DNA of 63,564 nt, counting the filler, from Reclinomonas americana ATCC 50394 (Eukaryota): NCBI GenBank assembly GCA_048213135.1. It is 8 parts of 4 records of this genome, joined end to end, with 100 filler letters (N's around TTAATTAATTAA, not from the genome) between each part and the next. Parts side by side here need not be neighbours in the genome. Positions count along the whole stretch, not along the records: positions 41,477 to 58,797 come from PS015495.1; 7 more parts are not named here. The stretch is one strand, 5' to 3'. A program made the position numbers and the translations under genes. A model generated the notes under the pieces. That model was not told the DNA's origin, did no database searches, and saw nothing but the letters and a program-made list of their open reading frames with translations. Positions 42,653 to 56,900 of this stretch are shown here, piece by piece (the first letter of the stretch is position 1; every line of letters starts with the position of its first letter).

Positions 42653-45111
42653 CTACACACTCACCACCGGGCCGGCTGGCGGATGTTGACGCCTTCGCAG
42701 CACGCAGGTGACGTACTCATGCGGCGTGCGATCGGCAAGAGGCGGCGTGCCAGGCCGCGTTCTCACAGTCGACAGCAGCAACTCGCTTTCCGAGGGTGGT
42801 GGACTGCGCATATGCAGAGTGAGATTGCAGAGTGGAGAGCGTCGTGACAAGTGAAAGAGAGAGAGAGAGAGAATAGAGAGAGAGAAAAGTGACTGCTAGA
42901 CAGACACAGAGGAATTCNNNNNNNNNNNNNNNNNNNNNNNNNNNNNNNNNNNNNNNNNNNNNNNNNNNNNNNNNNNNNNNNNNNNNNNNNNNNNNNNNNN
43001 NNNNNNNNNNNNNNNNNNNNNNNNNNNNNNNNNNNNNNNNNNNNNNNNNNNNNNNNNNNNNNNNNNNNNNNNNNNNNNNNNNNNNNNNNNNNNNNNNNNN
43101 NNNNNNNNNNNNNNNNNNNNNNNNNNNNNNNNNNNNNNNNNNNNNNNNNNNNNNNNNNNNNNNNNNNNNNNNNNNNNNNNNNNNNNNNNNNNNNNNNNNN
43201 NNNNNNNNNNNNNNNNNNNNNNNNNNNNNNNNNNNNNNNNNNNNNNNNNNNNNNNNNNNAGATGGAAGTAAACTTCGAGAGACAGAGAGAAAATACGCAC
43301 CACTGATTGCACAAAGCGATCGAGGCCGACCGAATCCGGGCGCATATTCTGCGGGTTGCCAGGCACACCGGGTGCGGATCGATGCACCGAGTTTTGTGGC
43401 ACACACACCACGTACAGGCGCAAGCCCAGGCGCGAGGCGCGTGCCAGTCGCTGCTCCGTCTCCAGCTCCATCATGGCCCAGTACAGCGGCGGCGCCGGCA
43501 GCAGGTCGTCGCCTTCCGTGGCCTCGGCCAACATTTGCTCCACCTGACACACCAATCATGAGTTTTCGTGTGTGCACGAAAAGAAAGCAACAAATGCAGT
43601 CACTCGCTCACCGGTGCAATCTCGGCCAATCCGCGAGCCACGGCATACGCACGAAGCAAGCGCAGCGGCGAAACCTCGTTGACAGGATCCACCGCAATGG
43701 CGTCCGCCGCAGCCTCGAGCTCGTCAAACGCCACCACCGCCGAGCACAAGTAGCGCACCGTCGATGCCTGCACGGTAACAAAGAAGTGAGATTGTGTGTG
43801 ATAAACGCTGCGCACTGGGGTGACAAACCGCCTGCTGCGCCGACGCCACCAGGTTCGACAGTTGCGGGGGCGTGGAGGGCGAAAAGTTGAACGGTTGCGC
43901 ATTGGTCACCAGCACCGGGTACTCGGCCGAGCGCGACACCAGGTGCAGTCCGTACCGCTCCGAGTGACGACACAGGTACTGGAAGAGATCGCGATGGCAG
44001 CCGGCATCACCGCCCAGCGTGGTGAGCGCCTCGCCGAGTGGGACGGCAAACGCCGTTTCCGCCATGCGGTTGCGTGAATACAGCGGCGCGGTGGTGTGAT
44101 GCAATGCTGCGCGCGCCACAGCAATCGGTCAAGTGTTGAAGGGAGATAGAGATGCAAGGCCGGACTCACCAAATTGTCGGAGCACCTCGGCGAAACGCAT
44201 GGTGGGGAATTGCACCTTCAAGTCCCACAGGTACATGTAGAAGCGCAGCACGTGGAAGTCGTAGACAAACGAGTTGAGATGCAGTCGATCCTTCAGGTCG
44301 TTGACCTTCGTGAGGAACATGCGTCGCGTCCATTTCTCTGCGATCGAGTTGGTCAGATCTCACACGCATTGTCGCATCTCGTCCCCCCCAAAAAAACTCA
44401 CCGCCCGAATTGCGATCCTGCACACGACCCGGCTGCTGTCCACGACCAACATAGGCCCACACTCCCGCACCACGGCTGCTGGTGCTCATCGGCGCCACGG
44501 CCATGGCCGTTCCCGCACGCGGTGCATCCATGACGTACAGATTGAGGTAGACGTACAGGCCGGAGAAGCCGAGCTCCATCAGCAGGATGCCGTTGTAGAT
44601 CGACTTGTGCAAATACACCGTGGTCGGCTTCATCAGCACGTGGTGGCCGTCGACCAGCACCTCGGCCGAGCGGCCAGTGGAGTCGCCACCGGAGGTGTCG
44701 GAACTGCGCAGATAGTGTGAGAACAAGTGACAAGGAGGTATGAGCAGCCGACACATTGGACAGCATTCTGCGTGCGCTCTCACATATTGAGGCAGATGGG
44801 TGCAATCTCTGTCCCTCTCCCATCCTTCCTCTGATTTCTTGCTTTCATTTATCTCTCTTCCTGCCTCCTCTCTCATTAGTACAACAAAGGGGACAGAGAA
44901 TGCAATCTCTATTCACCTCCTTCTCTTTCTCCGATTCTTCCTTCGCAGTTCTCTCTCTCTCTCATTAGTACAACAAAGGGGACAGGGAATACAATCTCTA
45001 TACCCCTCCTACTCCTTCTCAGATATCTTGCTTCACAGTTCTCTCTCTCACTCTCACTCATTCTCTCTCTCTCTCACTCATTCTCTCTCTCTCTCACACA
45101 CACGCACACAT

Positions 45112-45142
<31 letters not shown>

Positions 45143-45421
45143 TACACACACACGCACACACACAGAGAGACAGAGACGCGAAGCCAGCCACATCCTCTAA
45201 TTTTCTTTCTCTCTCTTTCTCTCTCTCACCGACACTGCGAGACAGAGAATGCAATCTCTATTCGCTAACACACACACTCTCTCTTTCACACACTGAGTAG
45301 GGTAGCGAGGCAGAGGGTGCAATCTCTGTCACTTGCTTTCTCTCTCCTCCAGAGGTGCGAAGGGAACACAATCTCTATCTCTCCATCTCCGTTCGTGATT
45401 CCATTTACCTGTCTTCCACCT

Positions 45422-45463
<42 letters not shown>

Positions 45464-45607
45464 ACGACGTCGACGACGACGACGACGACGAGAGAGNNNN
45501 NNNNNNNNNNNNNNNNACGTACTCTACGTCTCGTCTCTCTCTCTCCTCCTACGTACGTACGTACGTACGAACGAACGAACTACTACTACTACTCTCTCTC
45601 TCTCGTC

Positions 45608-45682
<75 letters not shown>

Positions 45683-48600
45683 GCACACAGAATGCTTTGC
45701 TCTGTGTGCGAGTCTATGTCATCTACTTTCTCTACCTTTCTCTCTCCCTCCCTCATTCACACACGCACACACAGAGACACCCGGGGGTGTGAGAGAGCAA
45801 CTGCAGCCTCTGTCACCCACGTACTCTCTCCTCGCTTCTCCAGTTCACAATTACCCACTTCCTTCCCGCTCTGCTTTCCCTCACATTTCTTCTTCTATTC
45901 TGTTTCTCCCTCCTTCCCTCTCTCTCCCTTTCCCTCTCTCTTTCCCTCTCCCTCTCCCTCTCCCTCTCATCCCCTTCCACTCACCTCCTCGACACATTGG
46001 TGCCCGACGCACTGTGATCCGTCAACGTATCCGCCTCCGAATCGGTGTCGTCACCCGAGTGCTCCGACCTGTCGCCGGCACCGTGTCCACCAAGTTCCTC
46101 CTCGCGTGACGTGTGCGTGCTCTCGTCGCTGGTGGAGATGACCTCGTGCAGACCGAGTGTCTCCAGGAACCCACAGTACTCGTTGAGGAACTGCTCAAAG
46201 ATGCGCCGATGCAGTGCGACCTCGTGCTGGAACGTCTGTCGGTTGTGCGGATGCGGAGGCGGAGAAGGCGAGAACAACAGTGGAGAGCCGGCGCGGTCGA
46301 ATAGCGATGCAGTCGGCGGCGGCGATGGTGCCGGAGAATATCGCGCACGCGAGGACGGGCCACTGTCCGCGCGCGCACTGCCCGACGATGACAACATGTT
46401 TGCGGACGACGGCGACGGCGACAGCAAGTTGATCTGGCTCAGCGAGCCGCCGTTGAAGAAGAGCGGCACACGACACAAGTGGAAGAGACGAGCCGTCTTG
46501 GTCACGGCACGGAAGCTCTCGGCCGAGAACGCCGCCGGTCCTGAGAACGGAAGGCCGCTGGCGGCCGCGTCGGCGGAGGCCATGGCTTGCGGCGAAATCC
46601 AGTTGGCCAGCAGAGCATTCTGCCGCAACGCCGCCGTGTGCTGCTGCTGCGACAGCTCGACCGTGCGGCGGAACTCGGTGCCTGTGGTGAGCAACAAGAA
46701 GAAGAAGGTGAAAAGATGGGTAACGACACTCAATCGACGTGCGACGCCGACAATACCATGCGCCAGCACGGGATCCAGGTCGAGTGAGCCCTGTTGTGCG
46801 GCCTGTCGCTGCTGCAGCCAGGTGAGCGAGTTGACCGACGAGGCCGACGTCGACGTGTGCATGGATGACGGCGGCTTTCGTGTTAGCGCGGGCGGCGGCA
46901 TCAACGCAGGTACACGCGACGCCAGCATGGCCTGCTCCGCTCGCCGCTGTGCCACCACAGCCCACTTGTGCCTGGCGGGGGGAGAGGTAAACGTCAGCAT
47001 CGATAACCGCGTAGAAACTCAGAGACACAGGTGGCGTACCGAACACGCTCGAGGAGTCGACGGTCGCGCGGCAAATCAGTCACCACTCCGCGCAGCAGAA
47101 GCCAGAAGGGACGGTGTGGCACAACGCGTGCTTGGCGCATCGAGGACACCTGCAGCCGCGATTAAGAAGGCAGGATTCACTGGAAGCAGACGATACGGAA
47201 GACATACCTGTGACCGACTGCTGGCCTCATCATCACCGGCGCGGATTGACGGTGTCATGGAGGCGTCCGAGGCATCATCGGCGACACTGGCAGTCGAACT
47301 TGGCGGCGCCTGCACGGCTGGCATCGAAGGCGGAACCTGTCGACGTCCCGCAAACATGGGGTTGGTGCGATGGCGTGCGGCGGCCATGGCCATGGCTGCC
47401 GCGTTGGATTTGCCGAGTGGAAGTGCAGGTGGTCCACGACTATAGAGAACACAGCACGCGATATTTTGGTAAACCATGCTTTTTTAGCTCACCATCAACA
47501 ATATCAATACGCAACCGCTGTGACGCCGCGCTTGCGGTCAACGATGAAGATGTTGAAGAGGAACCGGTGGAAATGGAAGTGCTGCTGGTAACGGTCACTG
47601 CTGGCGGCGCCCGACTGCCAATGAGCGATGCCGAGCCCTCCCACGTCAGCTTGACATCGTCGCGAATGGACGACGGGTCGGCCGATGCGCTGCCCTCGGA
47701 GAAGGCCGCCTGGAAAAAACACAACTTCAGCAATTCAACCTATCACAACCAATGTTTGGCGCGCGCCAGCAGACCTCCACATCAGTCGCCCCGACATTGG
47801 AGGACGCAGCGCGGGAGAGTTGCGCCAGAACCGTTTGCGTCGGCACCAGCATCGACGACGAAAGCGAGTGGTAGAAGAGTCCCATCTTTTGATGCAGCAC
47901 CGAATTCAGCAAGTGGGCACGGCACTTGGTCCACGCCAGCAGCCGCAAGAACGTGTGCTGCAGCTGGTTGACTGTACTCTGGTTCAAGTTGTACGTCGAC
48001 AATACGACCTAATGCACATCGAGCGTGAGAAAACGGGCCAAATTCTGCACTCTTTTTCTTGCTACCAAACCTCGTAGTTGACAATCGAAACAAAGGCCAC
48101 CATCTTGCGGCGGCGGCGATGTGTGGAGACTGGAAACGCGACCGCCGGCAGTGCCATTGCTCGTTGCGCGCCCGCTGCCGGAGCCGAGGCCGCTGAAGAC
48201 GACGACGACGACGATGACGACCAATGCAAAGATGACTGGGGCATGAAAAGATAACAACGAGGATGATGAGGGAGTGGCACAGACATTTTGGCATGGTGCG
48301 AATGCCACCAACCGAATCCGCGGCAGACGCCAGGCCCGTGTCAGTGAGCGGCGTGAGTGGCGTGAGCAACGGCGTGGCATCGTGTCGCTCCACTTCGAAC
48401 GCGGGGTGGATCATGTACTTTTCCAGTGCACTGTCGGTGCGTTCCTCGATTTCGTTGGCCACAGAGTCGTCAGAGGGTCGCGAGGACGACGACGACTGTT
48501 CGAACAAACAGTGAGTGCATTGGCGGGAATGGAGGAGAGATCAATAATTGCACTCACCGGCGACGGTCGCGGTGGTGGCTGCTGTGCGGCGTTGGGCGAT

Positions 48601-51600
48601 GCACCGGCGCCAAACACGTAGGTGATGTCGGAGGTGCCGGCGGCCACAAACATGGTCACCGTGTCCGTGTTGGCACTCAACAGCTCGTCCAGGTACTGCC
48701 AAATGTCGGACTCGGTCAGTGCGGCCATCCGGTTGGGATTGTAGGCCGAGCGGCACATGACCAGCGTGCTGACTGGCACGTTTTCCTGTGCGAGAAGCAA
48801 TGGAGTCAGATGGAGGGAGAAGAGAGACAGAAGAGAGGAGAAGGGGGAAGGAGGAGGGAGGAGGGAGGAGGAGGGAGGAGGGAGGAGGAGGGAGGAGGAG
48901 GAGGAGGAGGAGGAGGAGGAGGAGGAGGAGGAGGAGGAGGAGGAGGAGGAGGAGGAGGAGGAGGAGGAGGAGGAGGAGGAGGNNNNNNNNNNNNNNNNNN
49001 NNNNNNNNNNNNNNNNNNNNNNNNNNNNNNNNNNNNNNNNNNNNNNNNNNNNNNNNNNNNNNNNNNNNNNNNNNNNNNNNNNNNNNNNNNNNNNNNNNNN
49101 NNNNNNNNNNNNNNNNNNNNNNNNNNNNNNNNNNNNNNNNNNNNNNNNNNNNNNNNNNNNNNNNNNNGAGGAGGAGGAGGAGCAGGAGCAGGAGCAGGAG
49201 GAGAGGGAAGGAGAGGAAAACAGACACGAGAGAAACGAGAAAACTTGAGAGAGTGAAAGCCGTGACAACAAGACGAAGGAAAGGGTGCCAGCGGAGAAGT
49301 GAACAAGATGAGACAGATGAGAACAATCAAAGACCTGAAAACATGAAAAAAGGGTGAGCGAGGAAGGTGCAGATGATGAGATTGAAGAGCAATCAGGCAA
49401 CCGGTGAGGGAGTGAAAGAGAAACGAACAACACGAGACGGCAGAGAGGAATCGAGAAGAGACGGGCAAGGGAGCAGTCACTGACCTGAAAAACGCGAAAC
49501 AGGGGGAGTGAAATGATGAGAGTGAAGAGCAATCAGGCAACGGGTGAGGGGAGAGAACGGAGAAACAAACAAGGTGAGAAAGGCAAAGAAAACAGTGAAC
49601 ATGAGAGACAAGACTGAGTCTGCGCCCTTCACCGCACATCCTTCACCACAACCACAAACCTTCTTGGAGTCGGCAATATCGCCAAACAACTTGCGCATCT
49701 CCATCACCAGCATGACCATGGCGTACGATTGCAGCAACAGCGGATGCCGCGATTGCGTCACGGTGGACGTGTTGTACTTGCGACTCTGCGACATGACGTG
49801 CTCCATGTCGGCCAGACAGTTGAGGCGCTCGCACGACTCTTGCACCACGAGCGGTCGCCGGGAGCTCGAATCCAGCACCGCAGTTGGACTGGCCTGCTGG
49901 ACAACAATGGAGAAGAGTGAGGAGGCGACATCAGGCACATCAAGATTTCGAGCGAAAAGAGTATGCACCGACGACGACATGCCGTCGACAAAGCACATTG
50001 GCGGGGCCGACGACGGCGGGCGTGTGAGATAGTACGTCTCGAGCGCGTACTCGTGAATGGTCTGATTGAAGGCCGTCTCCACTTGCTCGACATATGTCGG
50101 CAGCTCCACGTCGCCCTTGAGCCACAACTCAAACGCCACCACAAAGGCAGCCTTTTGCAACTCCGGCACACTGCTTGCACTCGTTAGCAGCGACGACGAG
50201 CAAGGCAACGCAATGATACACGCAACGGAGTCAGCGGCAAGAGTCGCGAATCGCGCTCCTTCCACAGCTTCGAGTTCATCTCGTCGGCGGTGACGCTGTC
50301 CAGCCCAATAGCAGGGACTCGCGCCCATGGTGGCGACGGCCACTGATGAGTGGGAGGCGCCATGGACAAATGGGAGGCTCCGTCTGCGACAGGACATCCA
50401 CGAATCAGTCAGCGAGACTTCTCTCTCCTTACAAACCACTTTGCCACTAACCAGCCGAGTCGTGCGTGGAGCGCACCGACACTTGTACACATGCAATACC
50501 CTTGGCACTGGCCGCCATGGCTCCCATGGCGGGGTACGTCGGGGTGGCGTTGTTGAACACGAACAGGGTGTCGTGCGAGCGCGACAGTTCGTCCAGCAGG
50601 CACTTGAGACGGCGTGTGTGGCGCGCTCTCTCGTCGTCCACCGGCGACGGCGGCGGAAGCACTGGCGGAGGCACACACTCCGCGGCCTCAAAGTACTGTT
50701 CGTGCGCGTCACCGGCGTCGCTGGGAGGTGCAATGCTCAACTCGGCGACAACCGGCGATGGGACCTCTTCCACGGTGGGCGACAAACTGCGCTCGTCGGA
50801 TGCGTCGGTGCCGGAGGACACGGAACTGGCAGACAAGGCCACGGCTATGGTGGCAGGGGCTGCGGCTGCTGGGGTGGCTACAGCGGGTGCAGGTGCCACC
50901 ACGGGCATGGGTTGCGATGCTGACTCGGACACGGTGGAACTGCGCAGTGTCGCATCCTCGTCGGGGTTCATCACGTGGAGCCGATTGAGGAAGCGATCAA
51001 TGTTCTTGCGCAGCAGCATCATGAAGAAGGGAATGTCGCCGACCAGGGTCGGGATCGACAGGCCATACGCACGATCCGGAGGACGCACGACAGCAGCGCG
51101 CGAGTCGACGACCCTGACGTTAGGCAAAAGGGGTGAGACGAATACAGGGAAGAAGCGCTGAATCGAGGAGGGGAAATGCGAACCGCAAGAATGTGAGATC
51201 GGCAAACTGGAGCCGGAACAGTGGGTTCAGCAGCAGCTTGGTGGAGATCACCGTCAGGGCCAGCTTGCTGAGACGCGATTCGAGCATGTTGTGCAGATTG
51301 ACAGTGATTTCGTGACTCGGTGCGTCCACGCCATACACTTCCAGGAACAGACATTCGTGCGGTCCCTCAAAGGTCAAGGAGCTGCGTGGGGGTAAAAGTG
51401 AGCACTGCAAATGCCGTACGCCTCACGTAAACTCGTCTGACGCACCTCGCGAGCTCCGAGTCCACAGCCACCTTCATGTAGAACACGGAACCCGTGGTCT
51501 CGCGATACACAAACACATTTTTCTGATTGGCGAGCAGTAGTGGTTGCAGCTGTGCGAAAAGAAAAGTGAGGGATTTCGCACAAACCCCTGCTACACATCG

Positions 51601-53917
51601 ATTCACGTACCACCGTCGACGCGAGACTCGTGAGTGCAACGTCACTCTTGAGCCGCGGATGCAGCAGGAACTGGGTGCTGTACACGCACGGGCAGGCAAA
51701 CTGACCCGGCTTGAACACGCCGCTGAGTTCAAACGCCATCTCATCCAGACTCGGTGAATCCATCGACATGTCAAACGACGACGACATCTGCCAGTGTGGG
51801 TCAGCACTGAATGTCATCACCACATTGTTTGTGATTCGGGGTCTACAAACCCGGTCCCGACCCGGACGGTCGGCCACCGAGGCCACCAGCAGCGGACTGC
51901 ACATGCGTATGTCGTGCATGTGATTCAAGAGGAGGATCTGATTGACGCGCGTGCACACGGCGTCAATGTGACGATGCACACGCTCGCGAATCGCCTCCTT
52001 GTCAATGTCGGAATCGGGTGGCACATACAGCCGCACGTGCAAGATGGACGACGACGGTTGCACAGTCAGGATGAGCCAGTACGGCAAGTGGAAGGAACGA
52101 CGTCGCTCCTCGGCTGGAGGGAGGGGGGAGAGGGGGGGAGGGAGAGGGGGGAGGGAGAGGGGGGAGGGAGAGGGGGGAGGGAGAGGGGGGAGGGAGAGGG
52201 AAGAGGGAGAGGGAGAGGGATAAAGGGAGACGGAGAGGGAGAGGGAGAGAGAGGACGGTGTGCAAGGGGTGTGAGGAAACAAAAAGAAAGAGGACGGATA
52301 GAGGAGGAGGAGGAGAAGAAGAAGAAGAAGAAGAAGAAGAAGAAGAAGAAGAAGAAGAAGAAGAAGAAGAGAGAGAGAGAGAGAGAGGCAGCAAAAGTGA
52401 GACTTGGTCGACGATAGCAGAATGCAGACTTGCAGAGTGACGCACGATCGTCGACCAAACTGCCTTCGCCATCGCCACCCACTGGGTCCGTCTGCACATA
52501 CAAATAGTGCGCCTCGTCGATCTTGATCAGCGACAGATGTGGGTTGCGCAGCAGCTCGTTCGAAAGCATCTGCTTGCCCTCGGAATCCACAAACAGCAGG
52601 TCCACCTTCCCGTACGCATAGTCGGCCGGCGGCAACGCCTCCAGATGCTGGAACACTCGATCGATGACCTGCACGGGGGAACTAAGCAAGCCAGACAAAA
52701 ATGAACAAAACCAAGGGAGTCGAGCACACGAACTTCGCGCGTGACCGGTCGCTCCTTCAACAGCAAGCAGAGTACGCGGTGCGCCAGCAGGGCGCGGATG
52801 CGTCGGCACAGCTGGTTCATTGCATTGAAGAGCGGTCGCGGCAGAAGCTGCAACTTGCGCGCTTGCACACTCAGACTATGCAGCGAGTGCTACGCAGTAG
52901 AAGGAAAGCCAGTCAGCAGCAAGAATTGCGCCCGATGTGCAACATACGCGAGCGCACCTGGTCCAGCTGTTGCAGAGAGCCCGCCGACAACGGTCCGTCC
53001 AATCGTCCGGTCTCGTGCGCCTCCACGAATGCACTGTGCCCGGAGCCAAACAACTCCTTGTGACGGAATTTGTAGTGCAGCTGTGAAACTGCTTGGCGAG
53101 CCTCCAAAAAGTTGTGATCGGCTTGCGCCAGCAGCAGCGCCACTTTCTCCGGGTCCAGAGTGATGCACACCACACGAAGCGTCATGCGTGCGTTGCCAAC
53201 TGCGCGGTACACAAGCAGCATGAGCACGGGAGTGGGGCAGGAGCCGTGGTCAGGAGTGCGAACCTGGCGAGGCCACCGACATGGAGTCGTCGGGAACCAT
53301 GAGATTGGCGCTGCTCACGCCAGGCGGCATCGGCGACCAGCCGGGCGATGTGAACGGCAGGCCCAATCGTGAGGGAATGTGATCGCGACTCACGCTGCTC
53401 TCCATGTCGGACAGCGTGGTACCGGTGAGCGATGATGCGTCGTCGGGAGCCAGCTCCTCCTGCGTGGAGAAGCACTCCATGCGGAAGAAGACGGGAATCT
53501 GACGGCAACAAGACGTGCACGTGAGCATCTCCAACATCACGAACGACACGGAATCCCAAGTAACAGAAAGCACGGACCTTGGCGGTGAGCACTTTCACCA
53601 GCGGCACATTGAGCGCCGTCAGACGCTGCTGCGAGGCGCGATCGGCATTTGCGGCCCCAAAGCTGTTGTTGCTGTATTGACTGGCGACGTCGTCGTCGTC
53701 CTCGTCAAACATGTCGCTCACCACAGAGAGAGCATCGCGACTGGAGCTGTTGTGCGGGGGGAAAGGGTGCGTGAGAAAGAGGGAGAGAGAGAGAGGAGAG
53801 AGAAAGAGAAAGAGACGGAGGGGGAGAGAAGGAAAGAAATGAGACAGAGACACAGACGACAAAGAGGCATGGAGAGAACAGAGACAGACACGGACAGACA
53901 CAGAGACACAGCAGGCG

Positions 53918-53953
<36 letters not shown>

Positions 53954-56900
53954 TAGTTATACNNNNNNNNNNNNNNNNNNNNNNNNNNNNNNNNNNNNNN
54001 NNNNNNNNNNNNNNNNNNNNNNNNNNNNNNNNNNNNNNNNNNNNNNNNNNNNNNNNNNNNNNNNNNNNNNNNNNNNNNNNNNNNNNNNNNNNNNNNNNNN
54101 NNNNNNNNNNNNNNNNNNNNNNNNNNNNNNNNNNNNNNNNNNNNNNNNNNNNNNNNNNNNNNNNNNNNNNNNNNNNNNNNNNNNNNNNNNNNNNNNNNNN
54201 NNNNNNNNNNNNNNNNNNNNNNNNNNNNNNNNNNNNNNNNNNNNNNNNNNNNNNNNNNNNNNNNNNNNNNNNNNNNNNNNNNNNNNNNNNNNNNNNNNNN
54301 NNNNNNNNNNNNNNNNNNNNNNNNNNNNNNNNNNNNNNNNNNNNNNNNNNNNNNNNNNNNNNNNNNNNNNNNNNNNNNNNNNNNNNNNNNNNNNNNNNNN
54401 NNNNNNNNNNNNNNNNNNNNNNNNNNNNNNNNNNNNNNNNNNNNNNNNNNNNNNNNNNNNNNNNNNNNNNNNNNNNNNNNNNNNNNNNNNNNNNNNNNNN
54501 NNNNNNNNNNNNNNNNNNNNNNNNNNNNNNNNNNNNNNNNNNNNNNNNNNNNNNNNNNNNNNNNNNNNNNNNNNNNNNNNNNNNNNNNNNNNNNNNNNNN
54601 NNNNNNNNNNNNNNNNNNNNNNNNNNNTGCAAGCAATTACATCAGCCAGCCATACTAGTGAAAGCAAGAATCACTTCTTTTGGCGCACCAAGAGCAGGCG
54701 GATCCAGGAAGCAGTAGTGCACGTGACCCGGAATCGGCTGAAAGTACTTGCTGATGCGGTCGCGCACCATGTTGTGCACGGTCTGGGCGGCCATTGACGT
54801 TGCCGCGGCGACGCCCTGCGTGCTCAACATGTTCTCGAAACTCGTCAAGTCGACCTCGGCTGTGTATTCGACACAGGCCTCGATGGCCGACGCCACGTCG
54901 TCTTTCGGGAGTCGGATGCCTTCCATGAGGGCGGCTTGCACGCTGTAGAGGGGGGAAGGGGAGAGAGAGGGGAAGAAGAGAGAAAGGGTGAGAGGCGGAA
55001 GGGGAACAGGACGACGGTAGTGAGCAAAACTGTGCGCGAGAGATTATTTTGAAAGAGAAAGAAAGCCAAGCAAGTGTAGGATATAAGCAGAAGGAAGAAT
55101 GAAGGACGCCTGGATGACTGATCGCGAGCTATTCTTCAACTCTCGAAGTCAGCGAGTGCGTGTGTGTGTGTGTGAGGGACACAGTTTCACTGAGAAGAAT
55201 GCATGAGAAATGAAAAGAGAGACAAGGAGATGAACATACAGGGTGAGCGAGATGCTCATGGCAATGAAGAGGGAAGAGGCAGATTGTATGTTGCAGTGAG
55301 AGTGAATTCGCATGTGAGTGGGAGAATACGAGCGAGAGAACACGGAAGTCGAAAAAAGAGACAGCGCAAGATGGGAAACGAACCAGGGAAAGTGAACGAA
55401 ACAAGCAACATGAACCAAAGAATGCGCGATAAGGGGAGGTAAGACAATACGACGACAAGAAGACGAGAAATCAAAAAAGAGGGGAGAACAACACGACTAT
55501 CAAGGAAAGAGAGATTTGAAAGCAAACGAAGCACACCAATCTGAATCAATCATCCTCCCAACAACCCCCCTTTCTCACTTCCCACGCACCTGCTGGCCAA
55601 GTACACCGAGTGCAGCTCGCGCAGGAACTCGACCAACGCTCGCGCCGTCTCACACAGCGGCAGCTGATACGACACCGCAGTCATCGGATCCAGTGAGTAC
55701 ATGGGCGCCGAGCCGTCGGCAAAGATGCGTCGCATCGCTTGACGCGACAGATCCACCGACACGATCGGATTCTTGGTCTTGACGTAGAGGCGCTGCAGCT
55801 GGTCATCGCTGCACTCGCAGGCAAACATCGTCAACTGGCCCTGATTCGGATCAAAGTCCTTCTCCACCACACACAGGCACAGCAGCAGGAGCACACTGCT
55901 GCCGCCAGAGGAGTCAAGTCGCTTGGCAAAGAGGCGGCACAAGTGCGGTCGACCGGCATCCAGGCAGCGGCGACTGCCGAGGAGAAGTGAGAGTCAAAGA
56001 GGCAAGACGGAGCAAAACAAAGCACGCAACGCTGTCGGAAACTCGGCCGCAATCAGCTGCCGTTCAGCGTCATCCAGCGGCACCTCCCAGTCGGCAATGA
56101 GTGCCACCGCTTCGGCAGCCCTCATCACCAGCGCCTCGTTGGCAGCCGACACTACAGCACGTGCTCTGTCGGATGTGGCGGTCGCGGCACCCGCAGGCTC
56201 TGGATGGGGGCCACGGCTGCGAGAGAATGATGCGTGAGTGGTGCTCATGCACGAACTCGGCGCACAAGACACAAACCTGCTTCCCCGGCCGCCCTGCTGC
56301 GCATGCTGCTGCTGTTGCTGCTGGTGCAGCTTCTGGCGCTTGGCGTTGCGACTGGCCTCCGTGTCGTGAGTGGCGGTGGAGACCGCGTCACTGGTGGCAT
56401 CACTAGTAGCATAGCTTGCCGACTCCTCATCTTCGTCCTCTTCTTCTTCTTCTTCCTCGGACTCCTCCTCCGATTCCTCTTCTTCTTCCTCCTCGTCTTC
56501 TTCCTCTTCCTCCTCTTCCTCCTCCTCATCGTCGCCGGTGCTCACCGCGCTGTCCTTTTCGCTGCCGACTCTGCTCTTTGGTGCTGGGACCGTCTCCACT
56601 GCGAGGATAAAAAGAGTGAATAGGCAGGCAGTCAAACCAGACAGACATTGAAACCACCACCGACCATTGAGGCTCGGAAAGTGCACGAGACACCGCGTTC
56701 CGCGCTCCAGCAAGCCAGCAAGACTGAATTTCACGGCAGCCGCTTGAGTCTGCGTGTGCGAACATGATAAGTAACTGGTTCGACGACGAGCCTTTCTCTG
56801 CTGACTGCACGGCAACTCCACCTCAATGTCCTCAAAGGCCAGCGTGTTGGCGGCGGGCGGAAAGTCGCGTGACACGGCCGGCGCTGCGGTGACAGCCGAG

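Noticed and set aside
46045..47445. 466-aa plus-strand ORF
   Set aside because: Antisense shadow of GC-rich SZT2 exons.
47515..47521. Strict rule that shifted donors occur only after non-G and ordinary donors only after G
   Set aside because: 47515 follows G, and about a dozen ordinary donors follow non-G (for example 9728 and 21781). It is a bias, not a rule.
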